64,000 nucleotides of DNA from Utricularia gibba (lineage: Eukaryota; Plantae; Magnoliophyta), in assembly GCA_002189035.1 (NCBI GenBank), contig NEEC01000015.1, forward strand, positions 1,240,001-1,304,000, written 5' to 3'. How positions within the stretch are numbered: position 1 is the stretch's first letter; every line of letters starts with the position of its first letter. The notes under the pieces are model-generated. The model did no database searches and had not been told where the DNA came from. It worked only from the letters and a program-made list of their open reading frames with translations. Below are positions 46,300 to 58,700 of this stretch, piece by piece. Position numbers and translations under genes: made by a program.

Positions 46300-47869
46300 A
46301 GACTGTCATCTGGCTTGAAACGCTGCTCCCATCTAAATCCCCTTGTTCAGATTGAAAACGTCTGTGTCATTGTATGGGTTGGTTTCGTAGTTCAGTCATC
46401 ATCATAGAATACCAGGCACGGGATATGCACCCGAGAGTGGTGTTCACAAACTCATCCTCTCGCCGCCGCGCACCGCCGGGACGGCACATGGGTGCGAGTC
46501 ATCATAGTTGGTAAAGAAGCTACCATGTAAATTCAAGATAGGAGTGCTCCGAAGCCTAGTGTCGGATGGCTACAGTGACAAGCATGGTTTTCACAGGAAG
46601 AGAGACTGGGGGTCGTGATTACATTGTGAACCGATTAAACAGGGATGGAGCAACACAATGGGGGAAAAAAACAAGAGGGATGTAGGCCATGCCAAAGAGA
46701 AGGAAGAAACACCGGCTTAATCAAGGAGGCCCCGCATACCATTTCCCAACGTTAACCACACGGTATGGTCATTACAAAGCAACAGACGTCAACCCAGAGT
46801 CCTGGTTAAGTCTTCCACTTCACCTATGGGACGCGTCTTGACCAATCACAGCCAGCCCAACCATATGGTTAATTATCACAATCATTCTCCTCCCACAACA
46901 CAAACACACAACCATTACATAATCGACATACCAAGCCAACCAACCAACCACTTGGTCTCCTTATAATATATTGTATGTCTCGAATATTAAATCTTTGTAG
47001 TTTTACGATTTTCTCATTCTTAATTAGGAGTTTTTTAGGTAGTCACCCATTTTGAAATTACTCAAGCATGCTTAATTATGAAATTCATATCAATGATACT
47101 TCTTCTTGCTCAAGAAAATGTATGGTACAACATTTATACAATCATTTTATTTAATATTTTTTCTTTTTTTCATTTATAATCAATGTAGCATCAACACCAA
47201 AAGTCATGGTTTCCCACTGAAAGCATCCATCCCATTTTAATGCAGGAAAGACCCCAAGTCAGGGTTTCCCACCCACCCATCTCATTTTAATGTCTATCAT
47301 TTGGGGAGACTCGTTCCTCATGGCAGGGACATATTTGTCACCCCATTTTGGTAATAAATTATCAGCTTGTGTGTTTTTTATAGTGTTCATCATTGCCCAA
47401 ATATTTGCCACATTTGGAAAAAAGTTGTTATGTATGCTAATTAAAACTAGAATTATAGTATTTTACGTAATTTTGTTAAAAATTATTGGCATCAGCATTT
47501 GAATTTGAATTTGCGCATTGATGAGTTTTGACAAAAAATCGAATCTATGTGAATCGTAATGAGTAAAGGTTTTTTTTCTACATTAGGAAAGCCGTATAAG
47601 AAGGTAATTACTAATAATTAAATTAAAACTTTTTCTAAGATACATGATTAAAAAATATAAAAAAAAAATTACATCGACATTGCACAAAAAAAAATGAAAA
47701 GGAGTGGTTAAATGTACTTTTGGATTATTTTTTTAAAAAAACAATGGTAAATCATGAAGTTAAAAAAGGAAATTAAAAAGAAAAAAATTTTCACGTCCCC
47801 CACCAGCCCCGCTGGCTGCTCCACTACGGAAGCCACTAGTTGTCGCCTTCAACGGCCGAATTTTTACTC

Positions 47870-47877
47870 TATAAATA
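47870..47877 (+). promoter_or_regulatory. TATA box of the GH17 gene
   Basis: TATAAATA about 43 nt upstream of ATG 47920. Confidence 0.55.
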
Positions 47878-47919
47878 AACACACTTATTTCTCGCAAATT
47901 TGTAGCATTTTTTTCCGCC

Positions 47920-48999
47920 ATGGATTTCTTCCATCTTTTCACGGCCTCGGTTTTCATCTTCTCTGCAGCTCAAGTTCGTTACGCTTTCGCGGACGGTGGC
48001 GGTTATATTGGAGTGAACTACGGCCGCGTCGCGGATAACCTGCCGTCGCCGCCGCAAGTGGTGCAGCTTCTCAAACAGACGGGAATTACGAGGGCTAAAA
48101 TCTACGACACTGATTATACTGTTCTGGGAGCCTTCGCCTCATCTGGCATCCGTGTCACCGCCGCGCTTCCCAATCAGATGCTCGCCGCCGCCGCCGCGTC
48201 CTCCTCCTACACGGATTCGTGGGTGCAGTCGAATATTCTCCCTTATCGCCAAGTGATCGAAGCGGTTACCGTGGGGAACGAGGTTTTCGTGGACCCGTCG
48301 AATGTGGCGGGTTCTCTCGTCCCGGCGATGGAGAATGTGTACAGTTCGTTGCTCAAGTACGGTCTCGGTTCAATCAAGGTGTCCTCGCCGATTGCTCTCT
48401 CCGCGCTGCAGACTTCCTACCCGCCGTCCGCAGGGAATTTCAAGGCGGAGCTGATCGAAGCGGTGGTGAAACCGATGCTGAGTTTTCACCGGCGAACTAA
48501 CTCTTCTCTGATGGTGAATGCGTATCCCTTCTTCGCCTACACCCAGAATACGAACACCATCGATTTGAATTACGCGTTAATGAACAGCAACAGCTCCACC
48601 GTCACCGACCCCAACAACGGCCTCGTTTACAAAAGCCTCTTCGAAGCTCAAATCGACGCCGTCTACGCCGCCATGGCCGCCGTAAACTTCAACGACATCA
48701 GCATCGTGGTCTCCGAGACGGGCTGGCCATCCCAAGGTGACGCGAACGAAGCCGGCGCCAGTATGTCCAACGCCGCCGCGTACAACGGGAATTTAGTCAG
48801 CCGCGTACTCACCGGCGAGGGGACGCCTCTCCGGCGCCGGGTCCCCCTCAACGTCTACTTATTTGCTCTATTCAATGAAAATCAGAAGCCGGGGCCCACG
48901 TCTGAGAGAAACTACGGCCTATTTTATCCCGACCAACGGAAAGTATACGACATTCGCCTCTCCCAAGCCGGCTCGACCACCACCGCCGGAAAGAACTGA
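47920..48999 (+). CDS. Glucan endo-1,3-beta-glucosidase (GH17), intronless, catalytic domain only
   Basis: Signal peptide, IGVNYGRVADNLP, catalytic motifs VGNEV and VSETGWPS, YLFALFNENQKPGPTSERNYGLFYP. The stop follows shortly after, with no X8 module. Confidence 0.93.
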   Translation: MDFFHLFTASVFIFSAAQVRYAFADGGGYIGVNYGRVADNLPSPPQVVQLLKQTGITRAKIYDTDYTVLGAFASSGIRVTAALPNQMLAAAAASSSYTDSWVQSNILPYRQVIEAVTVGNEVFVDPSNVAGSLVPAMENVYSSLLKYGLGSIKVSSPIALSALQTSYPPSAGNFKAELIEAVVKPMLSFHRRTNSSLMVNAYPFFAYTQNTNTIDLNYALMNSNSSTVTDPNNGLVYKSLFEAQIDAVYAAMAAVNFNDISIVVSETGWPSQGDANEAGASMSNAAAYNGNLVSRVLTGEGTPLRRRVPLNVYLFALFNENQKPGPTSERNYGLFYPDQRKVYDIRLSQAGSTTTAGKN

Positions 49000-49312
49000 A
49001 GAACCCCATGGTTCAGAAGTTCAACTTGTTACAGTGCCTTTCAGTATATTTGTTTTTATCCCGTTAATATTAATGTTCAAATTTCTCCTTATTACAATTA
49101 ATGTGGCAGATGGCTTATTGATGTGTTTAGGTCCACCTGCCCTTTGAACATTTCACACAATAGTTTTCAATCAAATACATGAAACATATTCCTATTCTTA
49201 ATATATTTCGTATCATTTACAAAAATGATCATTCATACAATCTATAATTAAAATTTTTACATGACACAACCATTTTTATCATACACTTAAAAAGGGATTG
49301 ATATATTTAAGT

Positions 49313-49541
49313 AGTGTTCTTAAAAATTTTTGAAATATATTTTTACTTTTCAAAATTATTTTAAAAAATTATAAATAAAAAGTAAAATTAATTAATTATT
49401 TTATTTATTTAAAAATAACTTTTATAATATAATTTTAAAAGTATTTTTTATATAATTATTTTTATAATTAAAATATTATAGAACAAAACTATTTTTATTT
49501 TTAAAAATTAGAAATAATTTTTAAAAATTTTTCAGAACAAT
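49313..49541. mobile_element. Short AT-rich foldback/MITE-like element
   Basis: Terminal inverted repeats AGTGTTCTTAAAAATTTTTGAAA and (reverse complement) ATTGTTCTGAAAAATTTTTAAAA match at 20/23. No clear target-site duplication. Confidence 0.4.
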
Positions 49542-50472
49542 TATTTATATTACACTAGATGCATATTACATGATCTAGATAGAGACAATGCGCACCAACT
49601 AGCGGTTCTCGGGTCAATGCTCCATTTACCGATTGGGGAGTTTTGTCAACTAGTTCAGTGATGCTTTTCTTGGTAGTTCAACTGTGCATTTCGGGTCTAT
49701 CGTCTTCCTTCCGTCCGTTGCTTGTTGGCTTCGAGATTTAGGGTTTCAGGACATTGCTTTTTTTATGGGATAAAGACATTTTTGTACTCACGTGCTTGGA
49801 GACAATTATGTAAATGGAGCATTGAGGAAAAATGCTAATGGATAACATTTAGAATTTTATTTTTAAATAACATATCTAGTTGTAAATTATTTAATTAAAA
49901 TGAGATTTTAATATTTTATGAAACGTATGAAAGAGAAATTCTTTATTAAGGATGATGTGACAATGAAATATTATTTTGATAATAATTTAATTTTTTAATA
50001 AATGATATTATCTAAATATAAATGGATATATCAACAACACATTTCTTATATAATTTTTCCGTGTAATTACACCCCACCAAAGCACATATTAATTCTTTAA
50101 TTAGCTTAAAATTAATTTTTTATTCTCACGTTGTACGTGGAAGGCGGAGAGAGTATTTTGAAAGTTTTTTTTTATTTAATTAAATAAAAAAGGTACACAC
50201 ACTGAAGAGTAAATCAAGAAGTTCTGAAGACGGGGGAAGACCACGAGTGAAAACTACTCCAACTGCCAGCAGCCGAAGAAAGCAAGAAAAAACGAGGAAA
50301 AGCAAGAACTTGGGAATGGGGCAGGACGGGGTCGTGACTTTTGACCTACGGTTTGGGATGCGCCCTATCGGATAATTAATTACGAATTGGTTGGCGATGA
50401 AAAGGTGGAGAACCGGCGATTGTTGAAGAGCTGGGGTTTTTCCCCATTCGTCATTGACAAAAGTTTGTGAAG

Positions 50473-53400
50473 ATGGATGGTTTCGTTGGGGGAGAAGATA
50501 AAGATTACCTTTTGTTGAAAAATCTTAGAGTGGAATTGACGGGGGTTAACGTTGGCGTTGAGGAAGGAGATGGGTTTTTCTCTCTGTTTTTCTGGCTTTA
50601 CATTGACACTTATGGTTCCCTCCCGTCAGTCATTTTAGCTCAGGTAACTAGTCTCTGCATTTTCTGATGTTTTTGTGCGCAAGTTTCCGGTACATGGTAT
50701 CATAATTGAAATGCATAGTTGACTTGTTCAAGAAAGCCTGAACCTTTGAGGTTGCTGGAGTAGGGCTCCTATTATGGACCTTGTGGAAATGAGGCATGTG
50801 CCCCTCAGGATGAAGTATCTGGCTGTAATTTTCTGTGACGCTATGCTAATTACAATGACAAGTATCAATTCTGACTGTCCGTCTGCAACCGAATTTTTGT
50901 GTACATTCACTGCTACTTATCTGTTTTAATGTTCATTTTGTAGAGACATCCAGATGTCACATCTTGGGTCCCTTTTCTTTGTTTGGATGAGAAGAAGAAA
51001 ATGAAGCTCTTTCCATTACTCTTTTTGCACAAGGAGGCCCCTGATCACGATAACCGTGTCATGTGGTCTCAAGTTGCAGTTGCCACCACCGAGGTTGAGT
51101 TTCCCATGAGGAAATGGGCTCACGTTGGATGTCAGGTATGTCACTTGCAGTAGTTAGCATTACATACTCAAATCTGTGTCTCTGTTTTACTTGTTTGGTA
51201 AGCATAGCATCTCAAATCACAGGTTTTGAAGGATATTGTAAGGCTTTTTGTTGATGGGGAGATGGTTGGAGAAAAAAATCTGAACAGCTTATTTAATAAA
51301 GAGTTGCATGAAGATATTTTTAGGAAACTGCATTTGGCATGCCCGCATGATGATGAGAATTTATTGCATGGCTATGTTCACCAACTTAATGTCATGCTTC
51401 CGTTATCCCCTGTCAAAGAGCATCGGACACAGGTTCATTCTGTTGATGCTTAAGATGATAGCTCAAAGCCACGGCTTTTTAATAATATCCTCTTTATCAT
51501 GACAGCACCCTCCACTCCAATTGTGTATTGATCATTCAAGTGCATCAGAAATTGAAGATGAAGGTGGTGTGTGGAGCGTTGTTGGTGGAAAGGTCAAATA
51601 AGCATTCACATGTTTTTGTTGTCATACATATTCTTGAGAAACATGCATTTGGTTTTTGTTGCTCTTGCCCAAATTTGATGTGTCCAAGCCGAATTTCACA
51701 TATTCTGACTCATAAATAACGTAACTCTCATTATTTTTTCATTCAAAAACAGGCATCATGCCGCAGGATCTTCTCTCTAGATGTCATGTTGTCAGACGGA
51801 CTTGGTTGCCTTGTGAACAAAGAATTAGAGGTTTTGATTGTCCTACATTTCATAGTTAATTTCAGTTTCATAATTCCTTCTTCTTGTCTAAGGTTTCTGG
51901 ATTTCCATGATCCATTTATTTTTCTTCATCTGAAGGTTGTTGCTGTGCTCTTGTATGCTGATAATGATGATCCAGTTGAGCACAACTCGGATGGGGAGTC
52001 TCCCCTTCTTACAAGTCATGATGGTATTGAATATGCTTCATGGGATCATCCTGTGAAACTAAGCTATGGTCGTGCTTCCTTTAAGCTTAAAATATCCCAG
52101 GTATTCAATTAAACATCCTGTTTTGGGTGCAATGTCTATTCAAGGTCCCTGATTTGATTTCCTTTTCATTGGCAGCTCTCTTCCAAGTGTGATAACAAGC
52201 TCTTCAGAATTAAGTTTACTCTCTCCGGGTTGGGATCGTATCCTTTTCTTGAGATCCTTTCACCACCAATACGTTGTATTTCACGTAGTAAGACAGTAAG
52301 AGCACCTTCTCTTCCATGGAGGAGGTCCTCACATAAATCTGATGATGTGAATGGATGCCAGAGCCCTGCAGCTGATGACAGATATCTGGAACTAATTCCT
52401 AACATCATACATGAAGCAAAACCTAGTCCTGCATCAAAGCGCATCAAGTTAGGACATGATAACCCCATTACTATGTTAAGAGATCGTGCATCAGCTTACA
52501 AAGGACATGAGTCTTGTGCATCTGCTGCTAATACGGTAGCTTTCTACTTTCCTTTGATCTCACTTCTTCTTTTCACTCTCACATATCTTCGATTACTTGT
52601 TTGAATTAAGGACACACTTGGGACATGGAAGGAGAGGAGATTGGAAAATGGGATGGATGCTAAGCTATCTGTCTGTAATAGTGATGATGCACCTCACGGC
52701 ATGCCAAGCTTTTCAAGTCCAGTTTCGGATGCAGTAGTTTTTAAATACTGCTTAGGAGGGACAACAGAAAGACTTGATTTGCTCAAAGAAATGGCTTTGT
52801 CAACAAATGATGAACAGTTAGCACACTTTGCTAAGCAGGTTTCTACCTACTCTGGATGCTCACATCACAGGTGATCTTTTGTGTGTCATATCTTCAGGGC
52901 TTATTAGATGCTATGTTTTGTTCTTCTCTAAGCTGAGGAGTTCTCAAGCGTCAGGTTGACTTTGGTATGATTACCATGATTATCTCGATATATCCAGGAA
53001 TCAAATAGAACTTGCAAAGCGTTTGGTGGAGGAAGGCACACTATCTTGGAACTCAATATCAGAGAATCACAATCAGATTTTATGGGAGAATGTGGCTATC
53101 AAGCTAAATGAGCACTTCTTGAAGATAACACGCTGTAATCGTCCATTACTGGATCAGGTATTCTATTTTGTGCTCCTACAGTTAAGTTTGCTAATTAAGT
53201 CTGCAACTTGTGATTATTTTTCCTTAATACCTTCATGTGTCGGCATTTCCATATTTTTCCAGGATTTGGAGTGCTTGAGGAGAATAGCAGGATGTCAAGA
53301 GATTGTGTCTCAAGAAAATTTTGAGAGGATATGGGCATGGTTATACCCTGTTGCGTCTACACTGTCAAGAAGTGAAATCACTCCGATGTGGGATTCATTA

Positions 53401-53859
53401 TCGCCTCTTTGGATGGAAGGATTCATCACCAAGGAAAAAGCTGAATCTATACTTCAGGGATCACATGGGCTTCAAGAACCTGGAACATTCGTTTTAAGAT
53501 TTCCTACTACAAGAAGCTGGCCTCATCCAGATGCTGGCAGTATTGTTGTTACATATGTTGGCAAAGATTCCAGCATTCATCACAAACTGGTTTCTTTCGA
53601 TTGGATGGAAAGGTGTGTTTTTTTTCTTTCTTCGCTAATAGAATGTGTTTTAATTCTCAAACTGCTTTAACCCATTTAGTCTTCTCTTCCATGGCAGGTC
53701 TTCAGAAACTGTAAGGCGTCTGCACGATTTGCTGCTTGAGGATCCTGAGCTCTCAAAGCTGGGGAGGTATGACATTAAATTTCTGCTTCTTGTGCTGTTC
53801 TTTTGGATGGCGTTTTTGCATGAGGTTTAATCATTCGTAGGAAGCTAAGAAATGACTAG
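50473..53859 (+). CDS. Plant SH2-domain-containing (STAT-like) protein, multi-exon
   Basis: In-frame spliced exons: FSLFFWLY, PFLCLDEKKKMKLFPL, WAHVGCQ, GVWSVVGGK|ASCRRIFSLDV, LSSKCDNKLFRI, VVFKYCLGG, then the SH2 region WMEGFITKEKAESIL...EPGTFVLRFPTTRSWPHPDAGSIVVTYVG. The last micro-exon (53841-53859) is inferred. Confidence 0.88.
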
Positions 53860-54034
53860 TTGCAAGAGTTGGATGGACACCAAAGACGGCGCAAGATTCC
53901 CCATAGATCAATATCATATCGAATTGAATGTATCATCTTGGAAATGCAGAAGAATGTACAGAGTTTTGGACAACCGTTAATCTCATCTGAGGCTTCCGCA
54001 GTTTTCACACAACCATTAATCTCAATAAGCTCAG

Positions 54035-55183
54035 CTATTTGAGCGCTGCAGCCAATCCATTGGAGACTGAAGCTTTGAGTGTAGGGGAAACTGGTTTGCC
54101 TCCAAGAAACACATCAAACAAAGCAAATGTGACATTTGGGGATTCAATCGTTGCATCTGGTGATGAAGGCCGACTGTTGGAGGAGATGGAGATCTGAGAG
54201 ATAATCAACTCATCATGGTTGAAAGATGCATCTCAGCAGAAATTGGAAATAAAGATGGGTTCTTGGAGGTGCTTACAAGCATTTTTGCGGTGTCCAACCA
54301 GGTCATGAATATGGAAGTTCCCGTCTTGAGAGACCGTCCTTGAAAAACACTGCGAAATTTCGAGAGGGCAGATTCATCCACGGCACTTCGGGAAGTGATT
54401 CGTGGGGTGACAGCTTCATCCAATGCATCCCAGAATGTTTTACCATCCACATCTCTCACCAAAGCAATATGAAGTGATTTTTCATCAGGAGCTGCCGATT
54501 TCATGGTGTTAATGAATTCAGTCCTGGTATGAAGAAACATATTTCTCATCATTACCATTGAACAATTTGTTAAAGAGTGATGGATCCTGATGTATTTCAG
54601 CAGCTGAAACCCCTTTCCAAGCAACAAGGGAGGCAAGTATGGATGGATTTGCATAGAAACCAGCAGCATAAACTTTAACTCCAATGATTGCGAACACTTT
54701 TTCCCTGAAACCTGAAATGAGAACTACATCAAGAATATCTATTCTTCGAAACTATGTTACGAGCAAACGCCATATGGAACAAGGAATGGAGATTCGGCAT
54801 CAGAAAACTGACCGGTTCCAAGCAAAAATAATGTGGAGGAGCAACCTGGAACACTGAGTGAGGTGGGGAATTTGACCTTGGTTTCAGCTTCTTCGGTGTA
54901 CGCCTCCTCTGAGAAAAGCGAAGAAAGCCATGAATGCTTACAGAAAAGCACATGCAATGTACTAGAAACCATTCATCAGCGTACCAGAAATGGAGGCTTT
55001 TGTTTTGAGGCGTATGTGGCATCTTCTACTCCACCGGAGAGAGAGATCGGTAGCGTCCAATGTTGATGAAAGTGAGCTAGGAACCGGCAATTTTGGAGTC
55101 AAATCAGTAAAACATCTTCTGGGGTTTATCTGAAGGGTTCTCAAATGGGGTAGAGGAACCGGAATTCCAGCAATCGAAGCCAT
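54035..55183 (-). CDS. FAP3: Chalcone-isomerase-fold fatty-acid-binding protein 3, chloroplastic
   Basis: Transit peptide followed by LLGTG|[41 protein letters not shown] and [28 protein letters not shown] at 54035-54037. Confidence 0.9.
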
Positions 55184-55706
55184 TTGCCAAAGGAATTTCT
55201 GATCCGTTTCGGGAACTAAAGCATATCTACTGGGGAATCAGCAGATTTATCCATTTTCATTTTAGGTCTGTGGGGTAACTCCAACGCCAAGCTGGATTCT
55301 TGTGGGGCATTTCTTATCTTGCAAAGAAATGAACTTGCAATAATCAGTGAAGATTCCAATGATTTACAAGTTCACTAGATGAATTGGGGGTATTCACAAA
55401 TGCAATAGAAATCCAGCAAAAAATGGCTTAACATTTTGTTTTGCCGATCAACTTTGAATCATGTGAAACGCCAAAATGAGGCTCAGCCTACTGCTGTGAG
55501 GTGTGAGCAAGCCAGGCTGCAACGTTGTTATACACGTGTATATCTGATCTATACAGCGTAACCCATGACAGAGACTTTCAGAAGGCAGGTTGCCAGAAAC
55601 CTCCCCCCATATTGGCTGCACAATGATCCTCTGTTTATTTTCCCCTTTCTGCAGTGATGAATGTCACGAGGAGCAAGGGATGAGGATCTCGAGCATTGCT
55701 TCAGTT

Positions 55707-58700
55707 TCATAGTTGCATTCCAGCTTCTTCAAGAGCAGCAGACATTGATGCCGATGCCTCTTCAAGAGTTCTCTTCTTCTGCACAGTGTTGAAGGCCTCG
55801 ATAACATCTCCCTCTTCCCAGTCGTCAAAGCCCTCAACCCCAATTCCACATTCTAGTCCTGAGCTTACCTGGTGACCGGAACAGGCATAGGATCTACATT
55901 AGCCTGGAACTGCATAACTGGATGTTCTATGTGTGTGGGATGGAAATTTAAAAGCTAAATTTACCTCTTTCACCAACTCCCTCACTCGTCTTAAGGAACC
56001 TAGGACTCCAGCATGAACTTGTCTTCCCTTTCGGAGTACTCGAATTCCACAGTCTTTGGCTACCTTACCCTCCATCACCATGCATCCAGCAACACGGCCA
56101 CTCCCACTACTAAATACGGCCCTTACATCTGCCATACCGATTTGGACTTGTTCCTGTGGAGAGAAAGGCAGAGTTAGCAGGAGGTACTTGATGAGAGTTT
56201 GAAAGCAGAGATTTGAATGCATGATTTACCTCAACAGTTTCCAAGAGACCCTCCATGGCTTTTCTTACATCATCAATGAGGTCATAAATAACTCTATAAA
56301 CCCGAATTTCAACCCCTCTGCTATCTGCATAGCTCTTGGTGGAACCTGAAGCTCCAATGTTGAAGCCAAAAATGATACCCTTGCTCGCAACAGCAAGATC
56401 AACATCACTTGTGCTTACTTCCCCAGTTCCTTGCATTAGGAACTTCAGAGTCACGTTATCCTGTGGAAGCACCTGCAGTGCTTGTCTGATTGCTTCAATG
56501 GAGCCCTGGCCATCGACTAAAGTTTGTCAAATCAAAAGTGAGGGTTGAAGGACCAGAATTTCTATTCCCCAGCGAGTTCCAGATGATGTGGGTGCAAGTT
56601 TCTTGAGAGAGGTGCACGATTGCTAAAAAGTAATGCGGAAGCAATATTCCATGAATAACAAAAATCTTAAAAAGGCCTACCTGGACATCAACCTTCAATA
56701 TAATATTGAGTTGATGCAAATCCAATCCAGCAGTTTTCCCTGATGATACGGCTGAAGCAAAAGAAGAAAGGGTAATCTTCCCATCCCCAGCTTTTTCTGT
56801 TATACGTTCATTCCTCAAATACTCTGCTCGTGCTGTGGCCTTTTCTCGAGCTTCATCAAGGGAGCTGACAACCTCAAACTCATCCCCAGCTAGAGGAACA
56901 CTATTCAATCCAAGAACCTGCTCAAGAAATGCATTTTGATGTTAATAATGTGACAACAATCAAGCTGAGTTTTTTATCTCAATTTTAAGGGATGCGTTAT
57001 ACTAATCATTGACATTTAGGATAACTGAATTGGAAAAGATAATTTTTTTCACCGCACCTGAACTGGAATTGAGGGGCCTGCTTTTTCAACCTTTCTCCCA
57101 TTATCATCAAAAAGAGCACGGACCTGAGTCTCCAAAATGTCTGCATGTGAGATACATGCCCTGGAAGGAATGAAAACTATGAAGATGCTAATCTTAATAT
57201 ACGTGCCTTTCCAAAAGCTTCTCCACAAACCACGATATTTCCTCTCTCGAGTGATCCATTTTGAACAATGAACGTAGCCAGAGGTCCCTTGGATTTATCA
57301 AGCCCAGCTTCTATCACTGTCCCTTTAGCGTATCTATGTGGGTTGGCCTTCAGTTCTTGCAACTAAAGTATAATGAAGTAATATTCAGAACCACGTTTAC
57401 CAACACCAGCAGATAATTTTAAAATAAGCATATCCTTTGAGTAATAAATCAAACTAGAAACAAAATGATAGCTCTTGCGGCTAAAAGCAAATGGAAGTAA
57501 TATTCAGAGCTATGTTTACCAACATCAGCAGATGCTTTTAAAATAAGAAAAATCCTTCGAGTAAAAAGTCAGACTACAAAAAAATGATATTAAGATTCAA
57601 AATCGCTTGTTATAATATAGAAACAACAGTGAACTTACCTCTGCAACAAGCATGATTGTCTCCAGCAAGTCACCTACATTCTCTCCTTTCAGAGCACTGA
57701 CCTGTTTCAGATGTACATCATTGATTCAATTTCAGACAAATTGACGCATCTAAAAATGCACATTTAAATTGGACTTGCTTGGAACATTTCCCTTTTGTTT
57801 CTAGCAAAAATAATTTTTTTTAATTCGAAAAGATTTCTAACCTTAACCATTGGAACATCACCACCCCATTCTTCTGGCATTAGTCCAACCAATGAAAGCT
57901 CTTGCATAACTCGATCTGGGTTAGCTCCATCCTTATCTATCTATAGTGAAAGCGAATGGAAAGTAAAGATATAGACCTACTCCCTCAAAACCATCAGCAG
58001 AGTGAAAAGACAAGAAACAAATCACCATAAAAACTACCTTGTTTATCGCAACTATAATTGGTACCCCAGCAACTTTGGCATGTGCGATTGCCTCTCTTGT
58101 TTGAGGTTGTATTCCATCATCAGCAGCAACTACAATGACAACGATATCTGTAACCCTAGCTCCACGTGCTCTCATTGCTCCAAATGCCTGAAATTTCACA
58201 AAAATATTAAAACTCTTTATAAATACAAAACACGATTATGAAAGTGACACTGAAAAGAAGCAAATCAAACGTGATGCAAAGAAAACAAAGATCTACCTAA
58301 AATAACACATAAATATGCATATATAACCATAAAAGGAATGAGGATATTGCCTCATGACCAGGAGTGTCAATAAACACACAAGTTTGCTTTTTTCCATCAA
58401 GCGGTACTTCGACAGAATAAGCCCCAATTCCTTGTGTGATTCCACCGGCTTCAGAAACTACCACCTAAAATAGTTTGAGTTCAGATTCTTAGGAGTGTAT
58501 GATGAATACGGCGGTGAATATAATAAATCAAGAAAGAGTGCAGCAGTCCAGTCAGATATCTGTACCTTGCTTTTCCTTATGTAATCCAAAAGTGTTGTCT
58601 GTAGGGACAAGGGAAAGATTTAATAAGAACATACAGTTATTTTTCGAACTCCCATTAAAAGATTATTGATGTTCCTGACCTTCCCATGATCAACATGTCC

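Noticed and set aside
46380-46970. GC-rich stretch after LIP5, checked for IDA/CLE/RGF/CEP peptide genes
   Set aside because: No signal-peptide ORF or conserved peptide motif in the frames I translated.
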